In this document: piece after piece, positions 41,041-54,850 of the stretch
Numbering within the stretch: position 1 is the stretch's first letter
How the letters are laid out: the number at the start of each line of letters is the position of its first letter
NCBI GenBank assembly: GCA_964016885.1
Contig: OZ024765.1
Span: forward strand, 5,208,001-5,272,000
DNA length: 64,000 bases
Source: Eledone cirrhosa
Lineage: Eukaryota
Direction: 5' to 3'
Notes under the pieces: model-generated
The model's input: the letters and a program-made list of their open reading frames with translations, nothing else
Told to the model about the DNA's origin: nothing
Databases searched by the model: none
Program-made: the position numbers and the translations under genes

Positions 41041-42610
41041 AGAGAGAGAGCTGCACCATGTCTTCCACAGAACACTACCCAGGCCTTTCACCCCCGGGTA
41101 GGACACTTCACTGTTGTCACACAACCTCAAACTAAGACTTTTCACCTGCATCCATTGTATTAGCAGACGACATATACACATATACAGACATACACACATA
41201 CACAGACATACACACATACACACACACACACACACATATATCCATTGTATTAGCAGACGACATACATACAGACATATACACATATACAGACATACACACA
41301 TACACACACATATCTATTGTGTTAGCAGACGACACATACATACATACACATACACACACACATATCCATTGTGTTAGCAGACGACATACACGCATACATA
41401 CATACATACATACATACATACATACATACATACATACATACATACATACATACATACATACATACATACATCCATTGTTAGCAGACGACACACACATACA
41501 GACATACACTGATAAACGTATATGTGTGTGTATGCTTGTGTGTGTAAGTGTGTGTGTGTGTGCGAGTATATGTGTATGGTGGTGGTAGTGGAGGTAGTAG
41601 TGATGGTGGTGAAGGTAGTAATGATGGTGGAGGTAGTAGTGGTGGTGGTGGTGATGGTGGTGGTAATGGGGGTAGTAGTGATAGAGGTGGTGGTGGAGGT
41701 AGTAATGATGGTGGTGGTGGAGGTGGTGGAGTTAGTAGATGTGGTGGTGGAGGTGGCGATGGTGGAGGTAGTAATGATGGTGGTGGAGGTAGTAGTTAGT
41801 GGTGGTGGTGGTGGTGGAGGTAGTAATGATGATGGTGGAGGTAGTAGTGGTGGTGGTGGAGGTAGTAGTGGTAGTAGTGGTGGAGGTAGTAATGATGGTG
41901 GTGATGGTGGAGGTGGTGGTGGAGGTAGTAGTGGTGGTGGTGGAGGTAGTAGTGGAGGTGGTGGAGTTAGTAGTGGTGGTGGTGGAGGTAGTAGTGGTGG
42001 TGGTGGAGGTAGTAGTGGTGGTGGTAGTAGTGGTGGTGGTGGAGGTAGTAGTGGAGGTGGTGGAGGTAGTAGTGGTGGTGGTGGAGGTAGTAGTGGAGGT
42101 GGTGGAGTTAGTAGTGGTGGTGGTGGAGGTAGTAGTGGTGGTGGTGGAGGTAGTAGTGGTGGTGGTGGAGGTAGTAGTGGTGGTGGTGTTGGAGGTAGTA
42201 ATGATAGTGGTGGTGGTGTTGGAGGTAGTAATGATAGTGGTGGTGTGGAGGTAGTAGTGATGGTTGTAGTAGTAATAGTGGTGGTGGTGGGGGGGGGGGA
42301 GGCAGTAGTGATGGTTGTAGTAGTGATAGTGGTGGTGGTGTTGGAGGTAGTAATGGTGATGGTGGCAGTAGTGGTGGTGTGTGTGTCTTTGCATCATTCT
42401 GCAAGTGTGTGTATGCCTATGTATGTATGTATGTGTGTGTGTGTGTGTCTCGGTGTGTGTATATATGTAAATACATGCGTGTGTGTGTCAGTCAGTCCTA
42501 TATAAGTCACATATGTATGTATGCTTGTGTGTGTGTATGTGTATGTATGTAAATCTATATATATCTTTTCCTCCCTCCCTCTCTCTATATGTGTGTGAAT
42601 GTATACATAA

Positions 42611-42646
<36 letters not shown>

Positions 42647-42719
42647 CTTTTGCACTCTCTATATATGTGTTTGTATGTACGTCTGTCTATAAATATATAT
42701 GTGTATGTATGTAAGTCAA

Positions 42720-42750
<31 letters not shown>

Positions 42751-42871
42751 GTGTGTGTGTGTGTGTGTGTGTAAGTCTCTATGTATGTGTGTATGCATCT
42801 GTGTATATATATATATATGTGTGTGTGTGTATATATGGTTTGCTACTTTGTGTATATACATAGATGCGTGT

Positions 42872-42911
<40 letters not shown>

Positions 42912-43567
42912 ATATATGTGTGTGTATATATATGTGTATGTATATATATATGTGTGTATATATATGGTTTGCTACTTTGTGGAACTGTCTCTCTCTATAT
43001 ATATGTGTATACACATAGATGTGTGTATGTATATATGTGTGTGTGTGTATATATTTATATATCTGTGTATGTATGTATATATATATAAAAACGTGTGTAT
43101 ACATGTTTATATGTATATATATATATATATACATGTGTATGTGTGTATATATGTACATGTGTATATATATATTTATATATATCTGTGTCTGTGTATATAT
43201 ATATATATATGTGTGTGTGTATGTGTATATATGTGTGTGTGTGTGTATATATATGTATGTGTGTGTGTGTGTATATATATATATATGTATGTGTGTGTGT
43301 ATATATGTATGTGTGTGTGTAGGTGTATATATATATGTATATATGTGTGTGTATGTGTATATATATATATGTATATATGTGTGTATGTGTATATATATAT
43401 GTGTATGTATGTGTATATATATGTATATGTGTATATATATGTATACATGTGTATGTGTATATATATATGTATATATATGTGTGTGTGTATGTGTATATAT
43501 ATATATGTGTGTGTATGTGTACATATATATGTGTGTATGTATATATGTATATATGTGTGTGTATATA

Positions 43568-43598
<31 letters not shown>

Positions 43599-43814
43599 GT
43601 ATATATGTGTGTGTGTATGTATATATATATATATATATATTTGTGTGTGTGTGTGTATATATATATGTATATATGTGTGTGTATGTGTATATATATATAT
43701 ATGTATGTGTGTATATATATATATATGTATGTGTGTATATATATATATATATGTATATATGTGTGTGTGTGTGTATATATATATGTATATATGTATATGT
43801 AGTGTGTGTATGTG

Positions 43815-43845
<31 letters not shown>

Positions 43846-44289
43846 ATGTGTATATATATGTATATATGTGTGTGTGTGTGTGTATATATGTGTGTGTGTG
43901 TGTATATATATATGTGTATATATGTGTGTGTGTGTGTATATATGTGTGTGTATATATATATATATATATGTGTGTGTGTATATATATGTATATATGTGTG
44001 TGTATATATGTGTGTGTAGTGTGAATATCAGTGGAGCGGGAGCACAGCTCGTTTGAAGAGACAAAGGAGCGGTGCTGGCTTGATGGGGGTGGAGACCTAT
44101 TGCTTGTCTGTGGCAAAGGGCAGGGCCTGTGTACTGGGGGGAGGAGGGGATAGGGGCGGCAGGGGAGGGGACGAGAACAAGGGTGGTGGGGGTGTATATT
44201 TATATATGTAAGGCAGTGGGAGACACTATTTGTCAGGGTGGTGGTGGTGGTGGTGTGGTGGTGGCGGTGTTGTTGTTATTGCGGTAGTG

Positions 44290-44600
44290 GTGGCGATGTT
44301 GTTGTTGGTGGTGGTGTTGTAGGGTGGGTGGGGGGTAGTGGTGTTGGTGGTAGTGGTAGTGGTGGTAGTGATGATGATGGTGGTGGTGGCGATGTTGTTG
44401 TTGGTGGTGGTGTTGTAGGGTGGGTGGGGGGTAGTGGTGTTGGTGGTAGTGGTAGTGGTGGTAGTGATGATGATGGTGGTGGTGGCGATGTTGTTGTTGG
44501 TGGTGGTGTTGTAGGGTGGGTGGGGGGTAGTGGTGTTGGTGGTAGTGGTAGTGGTGGTAGTGATGATGATGGTGGTGGTGGCGATGTTGTTGTTGGTGGT
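44290..44600 (+). repeat. 96-bp GT-rich tandem, ~3 copies
   Basis: Direct inspection. Confidence 0.85.
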
Positions 44601-45270
44601 GGTGGCAGTGTTGTAGGCGGGGGGGGGGGGTAGTGGTGGTGTTGGTGGTGGTGGTAGTGGTAGTGGTGGTAGTGATGATGATGGTGGTGGTGGTGATGTT
44701 GGTAGTGATGGTGATGTAGTGATGGTGATGTGGTGGTGGTAGTGGTGGTGGTGGTGATGTGGTGGTGGTGGTGGTGGTAGTGGTGGTGGTGGTAGTGGTG
44801 GTGGTGGTGGTGGTGGTGGTGCCTGCGTGGATTAAGGAGTGAAGAGAGGGCGGGGGTAAAGGGCAGTGTGCAGTTTAAAGGGTTTGTTATATCTGTGTGT
44901 GAGTGTCAAAGGGCATAGTAACGAGGGCATGTAGTAAGAAACGGGAGGGAGTGAGGTGCTTATATGCATATATATGTGTATATGTGCATATGTGTATGTA
45001 TATATATATATGTGTATATGTGTATGTATATATATATATGTGTATATGTGTATATGTGTATGTATATATATATATGTGTATATGTGTATATGTGTATGTA
45101 TATATATATATGTGTATATGTGTATATATATATGTGTATATGTGTATATGTGTATGTATATATGTGGGTGTGTGTAAGGTCCTCTCTAGCAATATGCTGC
45201 TCCTTAAGGAAACGAAAAAAGGGGTGGTAAAAGATTATTTGTATGATGTATATACATGTATATATATAGA

Positions 45271-45345
<75 letters not shown>

Positions 45346-45364
45346 ATATATATATGTGTGTGTC

Positions 45365-45437
<73 letters not shown>

Positions 45438-45446
45438 GTGTGTGTG

Positions 45447-45477
<31 letters not shown>

Positions 45478-45910
45478 ATATATATATATGTGTGTGTGTG
45501 TGTATATATATATATGTATGTGTGTGTGTATATATATATATGTGTGTGTGTGTGTGTATATATATATATAGTGTGTGTGTATATATATATATGTGTGTGT
45601 GTGTTTGTATGTATATGTGTGTGTGTATGTACATCTACATGTGTATTTGTATATATATATATATCATCATCGTTTTACGTCCGTTCTTCCACGCTAGCAT
45701 GGGTTATATATGTATGTATGTATGTGTGTGTATGTATATATGTATGTATGTGTGTATGTATACATATATATGTGCGTTTGTATGTATGTATATATATATG
45801 TGAGTATGTATGTACATATACATGTGTGTGTATTTGTATATATATGTATGTATATATATATATACATACATATATATACAAATAGACTATATATATATAT
45901 ATATATATAT

Positions 45911-46086
45911 ACGTTATTCCGGGTTGAATCGGAGGTAACCACAGTAAGTAAGGTACTCAATACATAGCAGAGTATAATAGTTTTAATATAGATGAGATTC
46001 TACAGGACTAGAACTGTTTCATTCATTAGAAATCATCAGGATGATGATTTCTAATGAATGAAACAGTTCTAGTCCTGTAGAATCTC

Positions 46087-46090
<4 letters not shown>
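45911..46090 (-). mobile_element. Fold-back unit centred on a hammerhead core
   Basis: Arms 45992-46038 and 46042-46088; CTGATGA-TTTC TAAT GAAT-GAAA-CAGT-TC; tail hairpin at 45955-45973. Confidence 0.8.
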
Positions 46091-46129
<39 letters not shown>

Positions 46130-46227
46130 TGTGTGTGTATGTATGTATATGTGTGTATATATATAAATGTGTGTGTATAGCTTAGTTTTTTTATAGTTTG
46201 TATGTATTATATATATATGTATGTGTT

Positions 46228-46267
<40 letters not shown>

Positions 46268-46556
46268 TGTGTCAGGTCACCAGTTGGTGCTACTGGTAAC
46301 ATGTATCCCAGTACAACCTGTCTCATGGTCGGGTCGTTGGCGACTAAACTGACAACTCCACCAAGGTATCTTGGTGAGGAGGGTGACTTTGGACATCCTG
46401 CAGAACTAAAAACAAAACCTGTCAAAGAGCAAAGGAGCTCTTAAGAGTCAATGGCCATCCAAAATCACCGGGAGAGATGACCCCTTAGCCTTTGTCAAGG
46501 CAGAATTCTAGGAGAAGGAAAACTCTGATATAACACCTGCAACCCTGATGGTATCC

Positions 46557-46741
46557 AATGTGGTAAGGAACCAGATGGACCACAACGCACCAGAGTACTC
46601 AATACTTAGGGTAGTAGAGTGGGTAATATGAACAATTAAGACCCCGACGACAGAGCTCAAGCCGTTTCGACGGCTATTTCTGGACCAGAAATAGCCGTCG
46701 AAACGGCTTGAGCTCTGTCGTCGGGGTCTTGAACATTTTCC

Positions 46742-46743
<2 letters not shown>
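46557..46743 (-). mobile_element. Family A fold-back copy 2
   Basis: Palindrome centre TTCTGG-A-CCAGAA. Confidence 0.85.
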
Positions 46744-46777
<34 letters not shown>

Positions 46778-46778
<1 letters not shown>

Positions 46779-47037
46779 TGTTATACTTTGGGAGGGTCAT
46801 ACGGCAAAAAACAGCCGCACCTGCTGATTTTCACTTCACTTTATTATGGTAAACTCCCAGTTGGTTAGTTTCATAGATGGTTGTTGAGTTGTTGATTGTC
46901 AAAGCTTTCGTCGCACATCCTGTGGTTTCCTAAGTGACTACTTCTCTTATTAAACTAACCGACTGGGAGTTTATCATAAACTGAAGTGAAACTTGTAGGT
47001 GCGTTGGTTTATTGGTAGCATGGCCCTCCCAAAGTAT
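46778..47037 (-). mobile_element. Family C fold-back with a degenerate hammerhead in the loop (46898-46938)
   Basis: Arms 46785-46871 and 46952-47037; GTCA-CTTAGGA..TGTGCGAC-GAAAGCTT-TGAC. Confidence 0.7.
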
Positions 47038-47119
47038 CTGATTCAACACACGTTTTCAGATAAGAAATCTTGCAAAATAAATACAAAAAGGAAGTTTATA
47101 TATATAATATATATATATA

Positions 47120-47308
47120 TAGGAACGAGTAGGACCCCGACGGCTGAGCTCAAGCCGTTTCGACGGCTAATTCCAGAATTAGCCGTCGAAACGGCTTGAG
47201 CTCAGCCGTCAGGGGTCCTACTCGTTCCTATTACCCACTCTACTACCCTAAGTATTTAGTACTTTGGTGCGTTATGGTCCACCTTGTTTCTTACCACATT
47301 TCCTTCGT
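47120..47308 (+). mobile_element. Family A fold-back copy 3
   Basis: Centre GGCTAATTC-CA-GAATTAGCC. Confidence 0.85.
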
Positions 47309-48005
47309 TATATATATATTAACATGGAAATTATTTATCCGAAATTGTAGAAATCTTATAACGAAACGGCCGTCTGGGAGGAAAGAGGTATTTATTTAAT
47401 TATGTCTCATAAAATAATACAACCAGCTATCCCCGAAATACTGATTAGTTAGCACCCCAAACACTAAATTAGGAATATACTTAGGTATATTCTAATGTTT
47501 GTTGAGTGAGATGGAGTTAGTCAGAGTATCGCTTAAGGCTTTCTCTGTTAATCTATTAAATATTATGTGTGACGGTATTTTAACGATAGTTATAGCTCTG
47601 ATTTATCTAAATTATTGAGCCCTCTGCCGCTCATATCGAATTTTGTTTATCGTGAACTCGTGCGCCGATTTTTCGATACTCGATTATTCTACTATGAAAT
47701 ATATATATATATATGAAATATATATATATATATGAAATATATATATATATATGAAATATATATATAGTGCCAATCGTATATGTAATATAGAATATGCTTC
47801 AATCAATCCCGTTTGGAGCTGTAAAAATGAAGTAATTCCGTCGGAAAAGTCAGGAAAAAAGAGTGCTCTATGTAGGCTACAGAGCTTAATAGTTATGTAA
47901 TAAACAACATAAGGCAATTATTCCATTTACCAGTGGTTTCTTAAAAGCAAAAAAATTTTGCTTTCAATCATCAGAATGAAAAAATCCTGGTGTATTTATT
48001 GACTT

Positions 48006-48077
<72 letters not shown>

Positions 48078-48081
<4 letters not shown>

Positions 48082-48451
48082 TAAAAGAATAGAGGTGTAA
48101 CACACAAGTTATTATATATTGGTAAACGGAATAGAAAATGCTGACAAATTGTTCACAGTTGAAAAATGGTTTAATTAGGAATAAAAGAGTATTAGTGATT
48201 GTATGGGTTAGTATTCAGAGCAAACAACACGGACACTCTATCTCAAAATTATTTTTGAAAAGCATTTAGAAATGCGCAACCGGTAAAAACATAAAAACTT
48301 AAAACCACAACTGAATACTAACCCATACAATCACTAATACTCTTTTATTCCTAATTAAACTATTTTTCAACTGTGAACAATTTGTCAGCATTTTCTATTC
48401 CGTTTACCAATATATAATAACTTGTGTGTTACACCTCTATTCTTTTAACTA
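48078..48451. mobile_element. Inverted-repeat element (141-bp arms, ~92-bp spacer) within (TA)n
   Basis: 48078-48218 versus 48311-48451, ~1 mismatch. Confidence 0.8.
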
Positions 48452-48486
<35 letters not shown>

Positions 48487-48495
48487 TTAATCAGG

Positions 48496-48545
<50 letters not shown>

Positions 48546-48745
48546 CCTGATTAGTTCTTTCGTTACTTTGGTATTGTGTGGTTGGGTTTTGCCTACCGCA
48601 ATTTTCAATTTGTCAAGCTATTTAAACGTAATGTTATTACTCTAAGGACCTACCTACCCTTATTGAGTGCTTTGCTACTCATTCCTTATTGTAGGTCGGC
48701 TTTGCTTGGCCACAGCCAAAGCTTCGATTTTAATAAGCTTCCACC

Positions 48746-48806
<61 letters not shown>

Positions 48807-48856
48807 ATGTGTCTGTGTGTAAACAGTATATATATATATATGTGTATATATCTCTC

Positions 48857-48893
<37 letters not shown>

Positions 48894-48899
48894 AAACAG

Positions 48900-48938
<39 letters not shown>

Positions 48939-48944
48939 AAACAG

Positions 48945-48975
<31 letters not shown>

Positions 48976-49019
48976 CTGTGTGTAAACAGTATATATATAT
49001 GTATATATATATATGTATG

Positions 49020-49050
<31 letters not shown>

Positions 49051-49113
49051 CTGTGTGTAAACAGTATATATGTATGTATATATATATATATATGTGTGTG
49101 TCTGTGTAAACAG

Positions 49114-49145
<32 letters not shown>

Positions 49146-49188
49146 TATGTGTGTGTCTGTGTGTAAACAGAATATATATATATATGTA

Positions 49189-49234
<46 letters not shown>

Positions 49235-49568
49235 GTGTGAGAGAGAGTGTCCAATATGTCCAATATGTCCACGGTGTCCAAACTGTCAAACATCACCATT
49301 TCCTTAGTAACAGTCTTCCACCAACCCCCCAACCCCTCTCCCCCCACCCCTCTCATTCTCCTTCACCCCCTCTCTCACTCACCAAACAACAGATGAGGAG
49401 GAGAATTAGTGAAAATCGTAAAAGATAAACTGAATATTGGGAAAAAAAAAAAAGAAAGACAACACCAGGCAACCATGTAGAGCTCACTGCTGCTGCTGCT
49501 ACTACTGCTGGAGACTGTGGCATCTGTCTGTATTTATGTGTATATGTATATATATGTATATATACACA

Positions 49569-49937
49569 CAGTGTCCCCGGCATTCGCGGTCTCGGTTATT
49601 CGCGGAATTTTCCTTAGAACCGAACTGATATTTGTTTGAGAAAATCACCGCATATTCGCGGAGTCGTAAATATCTTCCGCGATTTTTTAATGGCTTTTTT
49701 TTTTTTTTTTTTTCGTGGCAATATATATATATATATATTTTCCACGCTCAATTATTATTAACAATATACCGTATTAACCGGCCTATTGGACCCCCCCTTT
49801 GCATAAGACGCTCACTCTTTTTTAATTATATTTTACGTTATATTTTGACGTTTATAGGCATTTTTATGGACCACGTCCAATATTTGCGGTTTTTCACTCT
49901 TCGCGGAACTTACGTTTCTAGAGCACTCGGGGGACAA

Positions 49938-49940
<3 letters not shown>
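49569..49940. mobile_element. pogo/Tigger-like MITE with a nested Tc2/mariner-like terminus (~49767-49820)
   Basis: Imperfect TIRs CAGTGTCCCCGG / CGGGGGACAACTG-TA; repeated ATTCGCGG motifs; internal TACCGTA..ATAAGACG. Confidence 0.65.
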
Positions 49941-50000
<60 letters not shown>

Positions 50001-50003
<3 letters not shown>

Positions 50004-50250
50004 GTCTACTGTTGGCACAAGGCCAGCAATTATCCCAGTGCATTACTGGTACTTTATTTTATCGACCCCGTAAGGATGAAAGGCAAAGTTAACCTCGGCG
50101 GGATTTGAACTCAGAATGGCAAGGGCTGTAACTCTATACGTCCGACCCTCTACCGATACTAGCAACCACCGTATATTATATGTCGATAAAATAAAGTACC
50201 AGTAATGTACTGGGTTATTTGATGGCTTTGTGCCAAAAGTAGAAACAATT
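50001..50250. mobile_element. Meta-like SINE (minus) plus a 3' fragment (plus)
   Basis: Family motifs present. Confidence 0.85.
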
Positions 50251-50894
50251 ATATAATAATAACATTAATAAAGATGGTGATGTCACATAGTCTATGTTTA
50301 TCCAGACTATCGTTTGATACAGATCAACACAACATACTTAAGGGGTTACCCTTTTACTGATTTACGACCCCAATTCCGTGGGGGATGAGTGAATCCTGAT
50401 TTCACTAATTGATACGTGCATAGCACTTTACTCCAGTAAACAAGATGGCTGGGAGACCCTTTCAGGAACTCATATGTCTGCTGGACACACGAACAGAAGG
50501 ACGTGTGTTTTTTTCCTGCTAGGCGGCATATCACAAAATCGAAGTTCATCTGAGGACATCGTTCTCATAACAACAACAAATGCATGAATTACATCTTGGA
50601 TTGCATGGGAGAACCGTTGAAATAATTATAATGGCTAAACGATTTATGTAACATCAGCATCTTTATTGATGTTATTATACTGAATCGCCATTGTAACTAC
50701 TAACTATGAATGTTGAGAGCTTTCTCCTGCCTTTACCGAAACAATCTCTTCGGAACACACACACACGCACACACATATAATTTAAAATTTAATAAGACAA
50801 AGGATTATTATTATTATTTATTTATTTATACATCGCTACGGATGCGACTATTATGTTTCCTCCGGTTGTATTGTAATGTCTACGTCATTTATAT

Positions 50895-51157
50895 TTAATA
50901 CAACGGTAGCAAACATAATAGTACCACTGATGATGTTACAGATGTGTGACGAAAGTACTTTGATAGACTATATATATATATATATATATTTATATCTGTA
51001 TTTTTAACCGTTGGTCAATCAATGATAAACATTAATTACCAAATAAATTAACTATGGAGATATAAAAGATACAGAAGCGAAAACCAACCCAAACAGTGAG
51101 TGTGTTCTGTTAGTATTTCTGGCAATATTATAACAGTATGTCCCTCCCCAAGTATAA

Positions 51158-51160
<3 letters not shown>
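50895..51160 (+). mobile_element. Family C Penelope-like 3' end
   Basis: Colinear with 10255-10521, including the internal (TA)n; short inverted piece at 50847-50890. Confidence 0.85.
50922..50965 (+). ncRNA. Minimal hammerhead ribozyme (family C)
   Basis: TACCA-CTGATGA-T-GTTACA GATG TGTGAC-GAAA-GTAC-TT-TGATA; palindromic AGTACT. Confidence 0.78.
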
Positions 51161-51209
<49 letters not shown>

Positions 51210-52194
51210 ATCGAATAACCTCTCTCCCTCTCTCTCTCCCTCTCTCTCCCTCCCTCTCTCCCTCTCTCTCCCTCCCTCTCTCCCTCTCTCTCCCTCCCTC
51301 TCTCTCTCTCTCTCTCCCTCCTCTCTCTCCCTCTCTCTCTCTCCCTCCCTCTCTCCCCCTCCCTCTCTCTCCCTCCCTCTCTCTCCCTCCCTCTCTCCCT
51401 CCCTCTCTCTCTCTCTCTCCCTCCTCTCTCTCCCTCTCTCTCTCTCCCTCCCTCCCTCTCTCTCCCTCTCTCTCCCTCCCTCTCTCTCCCTATCTCTCCC
51501 TCCCTCTCTCTCCCTCCCTCTCTCTCCCTCTCTCTCTCTCTTCCTCTCTCTCTCCCTCTCTCTCTCTCTTCCTCTCTCTCCCTCTCTCTCTTCCTCTCTC
51601 TCTCTCCCTCTCTCTCTCTCTCCCCCCCTCCATCCCTCCCTCTCTATCTCTCTCCCTCCCTATCTCCCCCCTCTCTCCCCCCTCTCTCCCCATCCCCCCT
51701 CTCCCCCCTCCCCCTATCTCCCCCCTCCCCCTCCCCCCTCTCTCCCTCCCTCCCCCCCCTCTCTCTCCCTCCCTCCCTCCCCCCTCTCTCTCTCCCTCTC
51801 TATCTCTCTCTCTCACCCTCTCTCTGGTCAGACGAGGACAGCAATAGGCTTTAGTAGATTGAGATATAGTAAGGCACTGCTTTCACTATAACCAGTTCCA
51901 ACTAATGTTACCCCACCACCACCGCCACCACGTCAATGATACCCCCTCCCCCCTCACTACAGACACTCATATCATTAGTAGCATCACCAGCACTAATACA
52001 CCCCTTCCATCACCGTCGCCACCACCATTCTGTTTACTACATCCTCCCCTCTCTTCATTGATTTTTTTTTCTGTTTTAACCCTTTCTTTCCTGTTTTCTT
52101 AACCTCCCCTCACCCCCCACCTTCACATTATCTCACTGCCACCTCTCTCCCGCTCTCTTTAACACCATCGGGAAAATAAAGAACCATGCCTATC

Positions 52195-52945
52195 TCTCTC
52201 TATCTATCTATCTGTCTGTCAATATATCTGTCTGTCAATCTATCTATCTATCTGTCAATATATCTATCTGTCAATATATCTATCTATCTATCTGTCAATA
52301 TATCTATCTACCTGTCAATATATCTATCTGTCAATATCTGTCTGTCAATATATCTATCTATCTGTCAATATATCTATCTACCTGTCAATATATCTATCTG
52401 TCAATATCTGTCTGTCAATATATCTATCTGTCTGTCAATATATCTGTCTGTCAATATATCTATCTATCTGTCAATATATCTATCTATCTGTCAATATATC
52501 TGTCTGTCAATATATATGTCTGTCAATATATCTGTCTGTCAATATATCTGTCTGTCAATATATCTGTCTGTCAATATATCTATCTGTCAATATATCTATC
52601 TGTCAATATATCTGTCTGTCAATATATCTATCTGTCAATATATCTATCTATCTGTCAATATCTGTCTGTCAATATATCTATCTATCTGTCAATATCTGTC
52701 TGTCAATATATCTATCTATCTGTCAATATCTATCTGTCAATATATCTATCTGTCTGTCAATATATCTATCTGTCTGTCAATATATATGTCTGTCAATATA
52801 TCTATCTGTCAATATAGCTGTGTCAATATATCTATCTGTCTGTCAATATATCTGTCTGTCAGTATATCTGTCTGTCAATATATCTCTGTCAATATATCTG
52901 TGTCAATATATCTATCTGTCAATATATCTGTCTGTCAATATATGT
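52195..52945 (+). repeat. TGTCAATA(TATC)n composite minisatellite
   Basis: Direct inspection. Confidence 0.92.
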
Positions 52946-54253
52946 ATTTGTCCCCTTCTTTTGTGCCCTTGTGGCCAATAAAGAAATTTATCTGTCAATA
53001 TATCTATTTATCTCTCCCCTCTCCCTCTCTCTCTCACTGTCTGTTTATCACCCTCCCTCTATCAATCTATCCCCTCCCTTTCTCTCTCTATATATTCCTA
53101 TTGCCTTCCCCCTCTATCTATCTATCACTCTCCCTCTATCCCCCCTCTATATATATATACATTCTTTTCTCTCCCCGCCTTCCCCTTCTACTTATACCCC
53201 TCTTCCTCTTGCCTCTATCACCTGCTCCTTCCACCTTACACTCTATCCCTCCACCACTCCCACCTTCACACTCTTATTACTATCACTATCACTCCACACA
53301 TTTTCTTTCTCTTTTTTTCCTCTCCTTAATTTCTACAATTCTCAACCTTTCTCTTTCCTTAATTTTTTCTTTTTATCATTTCTTCTTTTTCTTTTTCTTT
53401 TTCTTTTTCTTTTTCTTTTTCTTTTTCTTGTTCTTGTTCTTTCTTTCTTTCTTTATAGATTTTCTTTTCTATATTTATTCAAACATTCTCCCCCTCTCTC
53501 TTTATCTTTCTCTCTCCTCCTTCCCCTCCCAATTCCCTTTTCTTCACTTCTCCCCCAGCTTCTTCATTCTCTCTACGTTTTTTCTTCAGCTTCTTCAACC
53601 ACCACCATCACCACAACTGCCACTACTACCACCACCACCACCACCACAACTGCCACTACTACCACCACCACCACCACCACCACCACCACAACTGCCACTA
53701 CTACCACCACCACAACTGCCACTACTACCACCACCACAACTGCCACTACTACCACCACCACCACAACTGCCACTACTACCACCACAACTGCCACTACTAC
53801 CACCACCACCACCAACAACACAACTACCACCTCCACCACCGCCACTACTACCACTACCTCCACCACCGCCACTACCACCACTACCACCACTACCACTACC
53901 TCCACCACCGCCACTACTACCACTACCACTACTACCACCAACACCACCGCCACTACTACCACCACCGCTACTACCACCACTACTACTACCACCACCACTA
54001 CTACCACCACTACTACCACCACCACCATCACAGCCACTACAATTAGCCGCCATATTACAACAGTTACCGACACAGCCGATCCCCGTGGGGTGGGGTAGGT
54101 TCATGTAATGTATTTGATCCCTGTGCTCTGTATGTTATCAGGGTGACAACCCAAACACGCCCACCACTCAGACTATTGTCTACCTCCCTACTGGCGACAC
54201 AATAGCTCGCAATGTGACGCTGCATGGCACACACACACACACACACACACCAT

Positions 54254-54285
<32 letters not shown>

Positions 54286-54399
54286 ACATACACACATACA
54301 CATACATACACACACACACATACACACACACACACACACACACATACACACACATACACACACACATACATACACATACACACACACACATACACACAC

Positions 54400-54449
<50 letters not shown>

Positions 54450-54582
54450 ACACATACACATACATACACACACACACATACACACACACATACACACACA
54501 TACATACACATACACACACACACATACACACACACACATACACACACACACACATACACACACATACATACACACACACATA

Positions 54583-54614
<32 letters not shown>

Positions 54615-54819
54615 TACACACACACACACACATACACACACACACACACACACACATACACACACACACACATACACATACACACACACACACACATACA
54701 CACACACACATACACATACACACACACATACACACACACACACACACATACACGCACACAGATACACACACATACACACACATACACACACATACACACA
54801 CACATACACATACACACAT

Positions 54820-54850
<31 letters not shown>

